From assembly GCA_977017575.1 (NCBI GenBank), contig CDRNVI010000012.1:186001-250000 (forward strand): a stretch of DNA of 64,000 nt, read 5' to 3'. Below the pieces are notes generated by a model. It searched no databases. It was not told where the DNA came from and was given only the letters and a program-made list of their open reading frames with translations. Source of the stretch: Paramoeba atlantica (lineage: Eukaryota > Protista > Discosea). The position numbers and the translations under genes are program-made. Positions 10,721-20,498 of the stretch are shown here, in pieces; the first letter of the stretch is position 1, and every line of letters begins with the position of its first letter.

Positions 10721-10999
10721 CTATTTTCCTGGGTACTGAGCTTTTTGCTGTTGCTCCAGTAAATCAGCAAACTTCTGCTTGAAAGTTGCGGAGTGCTCGC
10801 GCATTTTTCGATTAAACTTCTCGGTATGCTCTTTAATCATTTGCCCAAACTTTTCGTAGTGGTCCTTCATCTCAGGTGACAGTGTAGAATCCTCCGGCTT
10901 CCCCTCAAAAAACTTTTTATTTTGATCATCCATTTTCTTGCTGAACTCGTCATCAAGACGATCTAATTTGTCACTGAATTCCTGAAGGGTAGTGCACAT
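10721..10999 (-). CDS. KMP-11: Kinetoplastid membrane protein 11
   Basis: 92 aa. KLDRLDDEF.KKM..QNKKFF..KP..STLSPEMKDHYEKF..MI.EHT.KFN.KMREHS..FK.KFA.LLEQQ..AQYPGK matches KMP-11 throughout. Confidence 0.97.
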   Translation of the reverse strand: MCTTLQEFSDKLDRLDDEFSKKMDDQNKKFFEGKPEDSTLSPEMKDHYEKFGQMIKEHTEKFNRKMREHSATFKQKFADLLEQQQKAQYPGK

Positions 11000-11385
11000 G
11001 ATGCTAAGAGGTACAAGGTAAGAAAGCGTTCTTATAAATTTAGTCCAAACACTGTCAAATTGATTGGGTACGAATAATGATTGGTTACGAATGTAAATTC
11101 AATTACGATCTGAGAGGGTTTTTAACTTGTTTTACTTACAATGTATATACAATGTTCAATACCAGTCAACATTCCGTTGAGCTATACATAAAAGACATTT
11201 CGTGTATGCAAATCTTTCCAATCGACAAAATGTCCGTCTAAAAAATGAATCGAATTCTTATTGCAAGTTCTATCACTCGTTTCGAGTCGCAATAGCAACT
11301 ACGTAAAATATCCTCAAATCTTTAAATAAGTGCGTCCAGAAAAACGAGATATTAGTTTTGAATATTCTAATGCATACTAGCTATG

Positions 11386-11829
11386 TTACTCGCTAGTAGA
11401 AGCAAATTTTCTTTGTTTTGACTCCTTCCACCTCTGAACTCTCCATCCCCGCTGAAGTAAGTATTTTTGCATTAGCAGGCTATCTTGAAGCAAAGATAGC
11501 CACGTTGACATGGTAATAATACAAGCAAGGATGAGGACGTTGACAGCAGTAATGTCAAGTTTCGCTCTCGTTGCCATTTGAAAGCTACGTACAATCTCCA
11601 TATACCATGGTGATTGGAAAAAAGATGAACATAAGAGATTACGAGCTTCGTTCATCCATTGCGGGAGAACAAGAAGGATTATAAAAGCAAGCGGAATGGA
11701 ACCTAACGTTACCGACACACACTCAAGAACATGAAAAATGTGCATGATAAACAAAAGAATTATACGTGAAAGAAAAACGAATAGAAAACAAAACATTTTG
11801 ATAACCGTTTTTTCCGTAAAGTGTACCAT
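11386..11829 (-). CDS. Small membrane protein (possibly BAP31 N-terminal-like)
   Basis: Two to three hydrophobic segments and a basic C-terminal tail; cluster strand. Family call is weak. Confidence 0.5.
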   Translation of the reverse strand: MVHFTEKTVIKMFCFLFVFLSRIILLFIMHIFHVLECVSVTLGSIPLAFIILLVLPQWMNEARNLLCSSFFQSPWYMEIVRSFQMATRAKLDITAVNVLILACIITMSTWLSLLQDSLLMQKYLLQRGWRVQRWKESKQRKFASTSE

Positions 11830-12187
11830 ACCTGAACTTCAACCGAAATGGGCTAAAAAAGAATCATTGCTAAGCTCATTGTGAAAAAACGATGTACATC
11901 TGAGGGGCTGCGGGTGTGCATCACCGAACCCGCACCGAACCCGCGCTTTGCATTTGAGGTCGAACGAGGTCTATTTTAGCCCAAAAAAATGGATTGTACA
12001 TGTACAAAGTAGCTTAAAGTGTAGTTTTTTTAGTTTGTTACCGTACATAGCCGCCTTACTGTGAAAATACGGTGTACGCTGTATACGGTGTTGTATACGA
12101 ATGGTGTATGCATTACACAAATCAAATGTACAATTAATATACCCTCCACATACATGCATAATTCTTTTACATTATCCTCCTTTTTAT

Positions 12188-12853
12188 ATGATGAGCCCTG
12201 TTGAGAGCAACGAAGATTTCACTTCACGTATGAAGGTAACATCTGCGAGGGATGATGACGTATACGACGTCATTGTCGCATCGCTTATGCGCACCTTCAC
12301 GAAGCGCAAAACTCCTTTCGCCCCCCCAGCGCTCGTTGTCATTGAGGAGGAGTTGGGAGCCAAGGTGGAAGAATGCATGAGGCGCGTATCGCGCACGATG
12401 GACAGCTACTTACATGCCACACGCTCTGTGTGTGGCGTGGAGGTTAGCTCCCAAGTGCTGCAGCGTGTCATCTTTCACCTTGTGGAGCGCCGAGGACACC
12501 TTCTTCTGCATTGTCTGCCACGAGGGGTCTACTTCCTTGCAGAGGCGACGCGTGATCTGGAAGCTTTCTTGGAACAGAACCCTCTCTACGCCCCTCCTCA
12601 TGATGGAGCTGTGGGGGAGTTCGTGGAGAACGTGTGGCGTTCTGTTTCAGGAAAGCGTTCCAGATCATGCACTCTGTGGCGCAAACGGAAGAGTGGCCAG
12701 GGTAAAGAAAACGCCGCAGAGGAATCCCTTTCTTCTACGGTGATCTCTTCACCCAACTTGCGCACTCAACCTTCCTCGCTCCCTCAACCTTCGCTTGGGG
12801 AAGCCTCTTTGAAGCCACGTTCCTCTCGCGTGATGCGCTTTCCTTCCCTGTAG
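12188..12853 (+). CDS. Transposon-borne orphan ORF1 (221 aa)
   Basis: Intact ORF starting MMSPVES inside the TIR element, with a near-identical copy at 22260-22922. No recognisable domain. Confidence 0.65.
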   Translation: MMSPVESNEDFTSRMKVTSARDDDVYDVIVASLMRTFTKRKTPFAPPALVVIEEELGAKVEECMRRVSRTMDSYLHATRSVCGVEVSSQVLQRVIFHLVERRGHLLLHCLPRGVYFLAEATRDLEAFLEQNPLYAPPHDGAVGEFVENVWRSVSGKRSRSCTLWRKRKSGQGKENAAEESLSSTVISSPNLRTQPSSLPQPSLGEASLKPRSSRVMRFPSL

Positions 12854-13000
12854 TTTTCCCTCTCAGAAGCGTACGTTTCCAGCACAAAGCGTACGTAAGA
12901 GAAAAAGAGTTGTAATTCAAGAGAAGTGATAAGCTCGTTTTTTTTGAAGTTTGAAGTGCTAACCTTGATATATCATTCTTTTTTTAGATATCATGCATCT

Positions 13001-13092
13001 TGTATCATGAATAAGTTAGGTATCTTACCCATGAATGTCATCTTATATGTATCATGAATAAGTTAGGTATCCTACCCATGAATGTCATCTTA
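13001..13092. repeat. 47-bp-period tandem duplication inside the transposon
   Basis: TGTATCATGAATAAGTTAGGTATC(T/C)TACCCATGAATGTCATCTTA at 13001-13045 and 13048-13092, one mismatch. Confidence 0.95.
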
Positions 13093-13137
13093 CTTTTTGT
13101 TTTCTCTCTAGGCGTTATTTTATCCTGCAATTCTATC

Positions 13138-14158
13138 ATGTACGCCATTACCAGAGAGCAACTCACAGATTTTTTTCTTGAGCTACAGAGAGCAAGTCCT
13201 CTTGTCGCCACGGACACTGATCTCAGACGCCTTAGCTCTTCCTTAGCTACACTGTATGTGCGCTTTGAACTGCACATGGGAGCAACTGTATGATTTACAG
13301 CCCATGTGGATTGCTCCCGAAACTCCTCCTCTATCCATCAGGACTCTCCGCGATGACTTTAGCCGCATCGCTGATCTTTGCCGCTCTCCTGCTTTAATGA
13401 ATCCGAAACTTCGTTTCAAGCATGGGGTATCTTGGATGTCTGACGTGACATGTATGATGGACGTCACGACAATCCCATGTCGTGCAAGGAAACCGCGGGA
13501 CGTATGGGACGAAGCCTCTCAGTAAATGAGAAAAAAAGATGCGACTTACTCCGGCAAGCACAGGGAACACTGTTTTAGAGTGGAGTTCTGGCTTACGCTT
13601 GCCGGAGTCCCTATTTTTTTTCGCGGACCCGTTCCGGGCAGTGTACATGATGCGAAAATTTATAAAGAAAGAACCACGCACGGAACATTTCTTTTTGACC
13701 ATCATGAAGATGAAATGTTTTTGGCGGATCTAGGATACGTGGGTTGCAACCACTGTTTTGTTCCATTCAAGGCACCACGCAAAGGTTGCCTTGATGAACA
13801 CCAGGATCGGTTCAACCGCATGCATTCTTGGATTCGTTCAAGAATCGAGCGTTGTTTCGCTCATTTCGATAAATTTCGTTTTTTTCATGGAACGGACCAC
13901 GATATTACGTGGGTAAAGGATGCCGTTCAGATTGTATCTGTTGCAGTGTATGGTTTGCTTGCATCAGAACCCCAATACAACTTTGATAGTGAAATAAATG
14001 TACACTTACAAAATATCGATGACTCATCTTTTTGTTGGTGTAGCAAAGGGTGTGGTTTAGTCAAACCGATTGATAAACGGAGGTATTGGCTCAAAGAACA
14101 CATATACGATGTGGGATATGTTCCCAAGAAACCACAGCATGGATCAAAAACTAAATAA
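13138..14158 (+). pseudogene. DDE_Tnp_4 (IS5/ISL2/Harbinger-type) transposase pseudogene
   Basis: Motifs MMDVTTIPC, YSGKH, GSVHDAKI, FLADLGY and RSRIERCFAHF. In-frame TAA at 13523-13525 and an apparent frameshift near 13265. Confidence 0.88.
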
Positions 14159-14810
14159 AATTAAGTATCTAGTCGTTTTCGATGAATTGCGAAATGTAAA
14201 CTACGTAGTCATATCGTATACATGGCTAATAAATTTTTGTTATTATCGTATATTATGTACACTATGTATGTCGCACATTATGATTTCTGCTTCGATCTAA
14301 CTATTTTTCTCCTTCAATGTCTGCAGCTCCGACTAATTTCGCATGCTTTCAGAGGATTTTTTTCAACCCGCGCCGAACCCGCACCGAACCCGCGCCGAAC
14401 CCGCACCGAACCCGCGACCCGCAGCCCCTCATGTAATACTTTGAGTAAAGCTTTGGGCCTTTAAAATTTCTCAAAAAGGATTACAAAAAATCAGGCAAGG
14501 TGTTTTGTGATTAACTATCATTATTATCTAATCTTATTTCCCACCTACACGTAAAAAAGCAAATCTAACTCTGATCTGAGAAAAACACTTTGTTTCAAGA
14601 CATTAAAGTACTAGGATATTACTAGGGATTCTCCCCGAAAACGATATTGCAAGATATCAAAACAAATCGATAGATCTCATCAATAAATTCGAGAGGTCAT
14701 CATACAATAATATTTCAAGAACGTTTTATTTTGACAGAATAGAAAGATTTCATAAATCTAGTTGATAAACGTAAAGATGCACTAGCAAGAAAGTAAATAT
14801 AAACACTCAC

Positions 14811-17800
14811 CTACATGGGAGCTTTAAATTCACAGACACTTGACTTTTTAAATTTACGACGTTTTGCCGCGAACCTTTTCCACCTTTCAACGGCTGCTTC
14901 CTCTGAGTATCCGTGATCTAGATCATTTTCCAATCTTTCAATGCTGATTTCGGGTTCATATGTGTATTCTACACAAAGTCTTTTGCCGCGCCCATACTCT
15001 GTAGAAAGGACTTTATTAGCTGCATGTTCCCAATTGTAAACAGCTCTTTCAACAATAAAACGAGTTTTAGCGCAGACCTCTTCCCAGTTCTTTATAAGAG
15101 GAAGATCCTGAAAGGATGTCAACTTTAAAGTGTTCTGATCATGTTCATTGAGAGCCAAAAGAGAATTCAACCGTTCACTGTCACGTATCGGGATATTTTC
15201 GACTTCATTTAATGCAGCGACCCGTTTTTTCATGAGAAGCAACACGTTCTTTTGCTTCATGTCCGCAATATTAAGTCGCCGTTGCTCGATCCGAACTCCG
15301 CAAACTAAAAACAAAACACGAACATGATTCCTTTGACCGAATCTACATAATCTGTGTTGTGCCTGTTCGTCGTTTGCAGGCGTATAATCGACGTCAAAAA
15401 AGATACAAATATTCGAAACCTGCAAGCCGTCTATCCCGTGCGCAGCACTTTTCATACTAGCAAGAAAAACATTAACATTTTCTGATTGAAACATTTCAAC
15501 AAGTCGGCGTCTTTCACTCCTTGCAGTATTTCCATGAAGAGTGACGAAGTCATATCCACGGAAAGTGAAGTATTCCTGAAGCAAATCGATGATTCTTATG
15601 CGTTGCGCAAAAATAACAGTCTTTCTCTTTAATTGCTTCATGCGACTCAGAATGATGTCCAACGCTAAAAATTTGCCACTCGATCGCATCAGCCATTCTT
15701 CCTGTTTGCTAAGATACTTTAACAAGGAGTTCCTTTGTTGTTCAATCGCGGCGTCATAGAGGTCTGAAACACCTTCCACGGCCGCTGGATGAGAGCATAA
15801 AAGGGTTTCTATACTAGATTGTCGAAAGGTTCTACGAAAAGCAAACTCCTTTGTGCAGTCCGTGTAAGACTCCAAACCTCTTGCGGATAATTCCAAAAGT
15901 TTTTCTTGCAAGGCGGAGATTCCACATTGTATGTAATGAGTGCTTTTGGTTGGAAGCTTTATTCCGACGTCATCTCCCGTTCGACGTAACATAAACGGCC
16001 TGATCACTTGATGTAGTCGAAGTATTAATATTTCACGTTCTTCGTCCGTCAAGTCGGTAGCGGTCATTTCCCAGTATTCTTGTGAAACTATGACTTTATC
16101 TTTGTTAACTCCTATTGATTTTTGTAAACTAGAATTCTGAAGAGGGTCGCTGAAACTCTCTAAAAATCCAGATATATTACCGAACACCTTTGGGTTAATG
16201 TAGTTAAGCAATGACCAGAGTTCACGTACCTTGTTTTTCATAGGTGTCCCTGTTAAAAGAAGTTTATGAGAACAGCGAATATCGCGCAAGGCAGCTGTGG
16301 TCTTACTATCTAAATTACTTGCAATATGACCTTCGTCCAAGACAACGTACCCCCAATGGATACGGTAAAATTGTGCAGTGCTCAAGCCATAAGTCAATTC
16401 GATACGAGCTGCAATGACAATGTCTGCAAAGCCAACGAAACTGATGGTGCACAAGAGAAACAGAGCCTCATTCGCGTTTTTAGAATTCGGACAAAGAGTT
16501 GCTCGAAGACACGTGCTATTTCCGCGGCGAAACAGAGTTGTGAGAGGTAATTGGTCCGTATCACATACTTCGGAGATAAATTGTAGAGCGGGATAAGGAC
16601 TGCGCCCTGATGACAATGTTGATAATAGTCCATTTCTATCCTTGGTCCCCATTATACGAACACGAATCTTTGGAGCCCACCGAGCGAACTCATCCGCCCA
16701 CTGCTGTACTAAACTCACTGGACATATTACTATGTGAGGCCCCGGATATTTTTCAACGCAAAGTAGATGACAGAAAAGTGCTATGGTCTGTACTGTTTTC
16801 CCCAGACCCATCAAGTCAGCAAGGATACCGTTCAGGTTATTACGGTAAAGGGAAATCAACCATTCTACACCCGTTATTTGAAAAGGCTTGAGTTGACCGC
16901 CTGAGAGCCAGCTTGGCTGTTTTCCTTCCAACTTTACCTCTTTCATGTGCGTCAGTTTGTAGGTACGATGAAGATTATTCACATATTGAGTAAGCTCGGC
17001 AAAATCTTCTGTTTCTTCGTTCCCGCAGAAGCGGCTGCCGACGTTGTCTAGAAGAGTCGTCGTACTACGCTGCATTACATGATCTGAAAAGCGAGCACCA
17101 ATATCCTTTAAAAAATCGTCTGTTTTCCGCAAGATGATCAAAAAGTTAGACAACTTTTGGGTGCTTAACACTCTGGCATGAGCCGCAGGATCGTTCTCGC
17201 GCAAATATTTTAGCCTTCGAGCAAAAATACCTTGTGAAAGTTCTAGTGCCTTTGACTCCATTTCCTTAGATAGATTCTTTGCGTTCTTCAAATTTGTCTC
17301 CCTTTTAAGCTGTTGAGCTCTTTGGAAATTGACAGCATCTTCGCAAATCTGTAACTGTGAATGGGTCAACTCTTTACTTTCACACTCTGTGTAATTGTAA
17401 TCCCGACTCAAATCTTCACGATAAGAATTGCATGCTTGATTCTTCTCTCGCTTCCTAAAGTTGAACGCATGACCGGCTGAAAGCAAACTGCGACAAAGAA
17501 TGGACGACGTCGACCTATATGAATAGTCTTTCCGTATTGGAAAAATATTTTGCAATTGAATACGGTGTCGCACTGAATCCTCAGAGAAATTGAAGCTTGG
17601 AGAAAGCAAGTCAAGTACATTTTCACCATCGCTGAATTCGTAAAGAATTTGCGGCAGGCTACCTTCCGAACTGGCGTACTGTTCAAGGGAGTTGTACACT
17701 GCTCGTTGAAAGGATCGTTCTTCCAGACAAAAAGCATTTATAGAAGACTCATCATCTTCAGTTTTGACGAAGGCAGCTCCAACGAACTTAACTGGGGTAC

Positions 17801-17909
17801 GCTCTTTATTTTTTTTCATAGAAAGGCGTAGAGAAGCCATTCGAATATGTCTGCGCACTTCCACACACGCAGCAAGGCTCAAATTCAGAGAGTGGTCAGA
17901 AAACTGCAT
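14811..17909 (-). CDS. SWI2/SNF2 chromatin-remodelling ATPase, Snf2/Brahma-like, divergent
   Basis: LKPFQITGVEWLISLYRNNLNGILADLMGLGKT, DEGH, LLLTGTP, LHQVIRPFMLRR, QAQHRLCRFGQ. HSA/post-HSA-like RLKYLRENDPAAHARVL; no bromodomain seen. Confidence 0.88.
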   Translation of the reverse strand: MQFSDHSLNLSLAACVEVRRHIRMASLRLSMKKNKERTPVKFVGAAFVKTEDDESSINAFCLEERSFQRAVYNSLEQYASSEGSLPQILYEFSDGENVLDLLSPSFNFSEDSVRHRIQLQNIFPIRKDYSYRSTSSILCRSLLSAGHAFNFRKREKNQACNSYREDLSRDYNYTECESKELTHSQLQICEDAVNFQRAQQLKRETNLKNAKNLSKEMESKALELSQGIFARRLKYLRENDPAAHARVLSTQKLSNFLIILRKTDDFLKDIGARFSDHVMQRSTTTLLDNVGSRFCGNEETEDFAELTQYVNNLHRTYKLTHMKEVKLEGKQPSWLSGGQLKPFQITGVEWLISLYRNNLNGILADLMGLGKTVQTIALFCHLLCVEKYPGPHIVICPVSLVQQWADEFARWAPKIRVRIMGTKDRNGLLSTLSSGRSPYPALQFISEVCDTDQLPLTTLFRRGNSTCLRATLCPNSKNANEALFLLCTISFVGFADIVIAARIELTYGLSTAQFYRIHWGYVVLDEGHIASNLDSKTTAALRDIRCSHKLLLTGTPMKNKVRELWSLLNYINPKVFGNISGFLESFSDPLQNSSLQKSIGVNKDKVIVSQEYWEMTATDLTDEEREILILRLHQVIRPFMLRRTGDDVGIKLPTKSTHYIQCGISALQEKLLELSARGLESYTDCTKEFAFRRTFRQSSIETLLCSHPAAVEGVSDLYDAAIEQQRNSLLKYLSKQEEWLMRSSGKFLALDIILSRMKQLKRKTVIFAQRIRIIDLLQEYFTFRGYDFVTLHGNTARSERRRLVEMFQSENVNVFLASMKSAAHGIDGLQVSNICIFFDVDYTPANDEQAQHRLCRFGQRNHVRVLFLVCGVRIEQRRLNIADMKQKNVLLLMKKRVAALNEVENIPIRDSERLNSLLALNEHDQNTLKLTSFQDLPLIKNWEEVCAKTRFIVERAVYNWEHAANKVLSTEYGRGKRLCVEYTYEPEISIERLENDLDHGYSEEAAVERWKRFAAKRRKFKKSSVCEFKAPM

Positions 17910-18217
17910 CAATTCATTAAATTCGCTTTAACAAGCTCACAAAGCGCGCAGAAACATTTTTCTTCGAGAAATAAAGAATTTTAGATGAATACTTGCAATG
18001 TGAATGTCAATTCACATGTATTGTACCGTGTGTATTGTACTTACAAGTAGATTGTATGGTTATAAATCAAAGGAATGGGTGGAGAAACATTAAGGAATCT
18101 CGTTCCATATCGGAATGATTTCAAAGCCCGCGAAAGTAAAGTTCTTGATTGTCTTGATATCACATCAGTGGTCAGTATTTGCTAGCGGAATTTGCAAAAT
18201 AAAATACCGACTCCGAT

Positions 18218-19255
18218 TCATGCAATAAATTTTCGTATTTTTCTCTGCTTGGGCTTACCCTCACGATTATCATAGCACGATAGTACATGAGAACGATGAG
18301 AACTCTTTACCACTTTTAAACAGAGAGGACATTTTTCATCTATTACGCATTGCCCAATAAGCAAAGTCAGTTGCTCATCTTTTTTTGACGTCGATTTAGA
18401 TTTTCTCTTACGTGCGCGTTCTTCTCGTCGGGAACGGTGTTCCTCAGCAGCCTCCTCTTGCCGTTTTCTCCGACACATTTGGTCATATGCATCACGTGAA
18501 ACATTAGTATAGAGATAACCAAACACTTGACGGCACCCTGGACAACGGACCCGTTTCTCATAAAATGACGGATCATATGAGACCACCTTGTCGCAAAGCG
18601 GACAGTAGTGCAACGCACTATATGAACCAAACTCAAGCAGACAACCCTCACAGTGAACCTTGTGACCTCGAGACATGAACAATGTATACAAGTCCTTATT
18701 ATCGAAACAGCAGGGTCGGGACTTGGGCCCACAGCGAGGACAACGGATGGGGGTTCGGTAGCAATGTCGGTTTCGCTTCTCCAGTTCGTCCCTCGTCAGT
18801 ACTGCAATGGGAGGCTCCTCACTGTCTCCCATACCTTCAGAAAACTCCCCTTTTTCTTCTTCGGACGAAATTTCCTCTTCTTTAATTGGACGTCTCCGTT
18901 TTGCTCCGGAAGAACTTCTTTGTCGAGACTCGTTTTGCGCTGTTTCTTCAGTTTCCGTCGCAGTGAGTTTAGCTGCCCCTTTATTGCCAGTGGAAGGCTT
19001 CCCTTTTCTTAGAGTCTGCTTTCTTCGCACTTCACTCATAACGGAATCGTAAGCGCGAACCAGCACTTGAAACGCTTCCGTGGCTTCTGCAATATTTTTG
19101 TTCTTATCTGGGTGAAGAGCTTTTACCAAACCGAGGTAAGCACCGCGTAGAACATCGTTAGAACTTGATGAATCAAGAGGTGAACCAGGGCTTAGCGAAG
19201 CAAGAACGGCAAAAGGACTTTCTCGGCGCTCAAGTACCCGTGAGACGAGCTCCAT
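18218..19255 (-). CDS. DnaJ-domain protein with Cys-rich (CxxC) region
   Basis: AYLGLVKALHPDK...ATEAFQVL..AY J-domain and CPRC, CEGC, CPLC, CPGC pairs. Likely ATG at 19255. Confidence 0.8.
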   Translation of the reverse strand: MELVSRVLERRESPFAVLASLSPGSPLDSSSSNDVLRGAYLGLVKALHPDKNKNIAEATEAFQVLVRAYDSVMSEVRRKQTLRKGKPSTGNKGAAKLTATETEETAQNESRQRSSSGAKRRRPIKEEEISSEEEKGEFSEGMGDSEEPPIAVLTRDELEKRNRHCYRTPIRCPRCGPKSRPCCFDNKDLYTLFMSRGHKVHCEGCLLEFGSYSALHYCPLCDKVVSYDPSFYEKRVRCPGCRQVFGYLYTNVSRDAYDQMCRRKRQEEAAEEHRSRREERARKRKSKSTSKKDEQLTLLIGQCVIDEKCPLCLKVVKSSHRSHVLSCYDNREGKPKQRKIRKFIA

Positions 19256-19403
19256 TTCATTCAATATCAATAACTGAAACTTGTAAAAAAGCTGAAATGT
19301 GCGAAAAATAGAAAAAAAATTACATCTTAAAAATAAGTCCACGTCTTTTAAAATCCTGTGGGCTCACTATGTGAAGGAACTGACCCGGTCTAGTTCGTGC
19401 GAA

Positions 19404-20498
19404 CTACGCATACGACGAGAAACGTATCCCCAGCCCCTGACAGCATTGCTCCACTAACTCGGGAGGGAGGGAGGTGCGGTACTTTGCATGAGCCTCGGCG
19501 TGGGGCAACACATCACTGTCTGGTCCCACACCGACACACCCTCTGTGGTGAGACACCAGTCGCACATACTCCCCGTGGCAAATCTGTGCCACATCGGATA
19601 GCTCCGGATACTGTGGCAGCGAAGTGAGAGGGGTGTAGCCCAGACCATCACAGTCGGGTAGCGTCGCCTCCCCCGCAATGCGCCGCGATCCACCATTTTT
19701 TCGTATCGCGTCCTCTTCGGCGTGAAGTGTCCCGAATACGTCACGATGGACAAAGCGGAATGCTTTCTCCAAGGTTCCTTTCGTGACCAATCTGGTGTTG
19801 TAGTCATCCGTGAGCGTGTTGGAGGCTCTCCGATGGTGCCGTTTTCGGGAGCGGACATAGTCCTCGGTGATATCTTTTTCTCGAGCCGCGACGAAAAAGC
19901 TGACCAATGTGATTGCCTGATTGGGAGTGAGCTGTGCCGCGTACTGATCCATGCAGGGGTAGCGGAAAGTTTGATAGCTCCGATCCATGAGTGGCATCGT
20001 TGCCTCGGACGAAGCCTCGTCGGAGACGTCCAGAAAGGTGAGATGGGGGAAATAGAACATGGGCCCCGGTCCCACAACCCACACAAAACTGTGAGATGCT
20101 AGAAGTGTACATAGGCTTAAAATGGATCGGGTTATGGATCCGTGAAAAACGACGTGGCGTTGACTGGAAATTGCACGAACCCACTGTGACTCAGTGGGGA
20201 GTGACTTCTTAAGCTCCGCCGTGCTGAACCAGGATACCTCGTCGAAGTAGGAGCCTGAGGTCTGAGGCACCACGTCGGATTTGTCACTCTTTCCGGATTT
20301 TCGAGACTGCGTCGAATTTGACGGAAGTTTCTTGCCAGCGTATAATAGAAGCAAGGCTTCCCGGAGAAACTGCGAGGCCATGTACATCCCAGCCGTAGAG
20401 GGAGAGCGCACCACGGTGATACACCCTTTGTTCTTCTTATTGGCACTGTTTATGATCTCTGTAAAGATACGATACTCCGTGGCAAAAGTTGTCTCCAT
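19404..20498 (-). CDS. Hypothetical protein, possible divergent ORC5-like subunit
   Basis: Intact 364-aa ORF. C-terminal KYRTSLPPELVEQCCQGLGIRFSSYA resembles ORC5 C-termini, and the N-terminus has a degenerate P-loop position (VVRSPSTAG). Confidence 0.45.
   Translation of the reverse strand: METTFATEYRIFTEIINSANKKNKGCITVVRSPSTAGMYMASQFLREALLLLYAGKKLPSNSTQSRKSGKSDKSDVVPQTSGSYFDEVSWFSTAELKKSLPTESQWVRAISSQRHVVFHGSITRSILSLCTLLASHSFVWVVGPGPMFYFPHLTFLDVSDEASSEATMPLMDRSYQTFRYPCMDQYAAQLTPNQAITLVSFFVAAREKDITEDYVRSRKRHHRRASNTLTDDYNTRLVTKGTLEKAFRFVHRDVFGTLHAEEDAIRKNGGSRRIAGEATLPDCDGLGYTPLTSLPQYPELSDVAQICHGEYVRLVSHHRGCVGVGPDSDVLPHAEAHAKYRTSLPPELVEQCCQGLGIRFSSYA

Larger units (their letters stand above)
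11897..14433 (+). mobile_element. IS5/PIF-Harbinger-like (DDE_Tnp_4) DNA transposon, two-ORF, transposase inactivated
   Basis: Perfect 15-bp TIR TGAGGGGCTGCGGGT (11901-11915) / ACCCGCAGCCCCTCA (14417-14431). RCCGAACCCGC subterminal repeats, TA on both outer sides (11895-96, 14434-35), and internal orphan ORF plus DDE transposase. Confidence 0.85.

Noticed and set aside
14360-14420. CRISPR-like or telomeric repeat arrays (RCCGAACCCGC; also the 15-bp YGGMG array at ~21280-21370)
   Set aside because: No spacers and no cas genes. They are transposon subterminal repeats and a coding repeat respectively.
16409-16568. Cis intron starting at GTATGT (16568, minus strand) in the SNF2 gene
   Set aside because: The three nearby AG acceptors (16441, 16424, 16409) give 128, 145 and 160 nt. 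None is a multiple of 3, while the frame is continuous.
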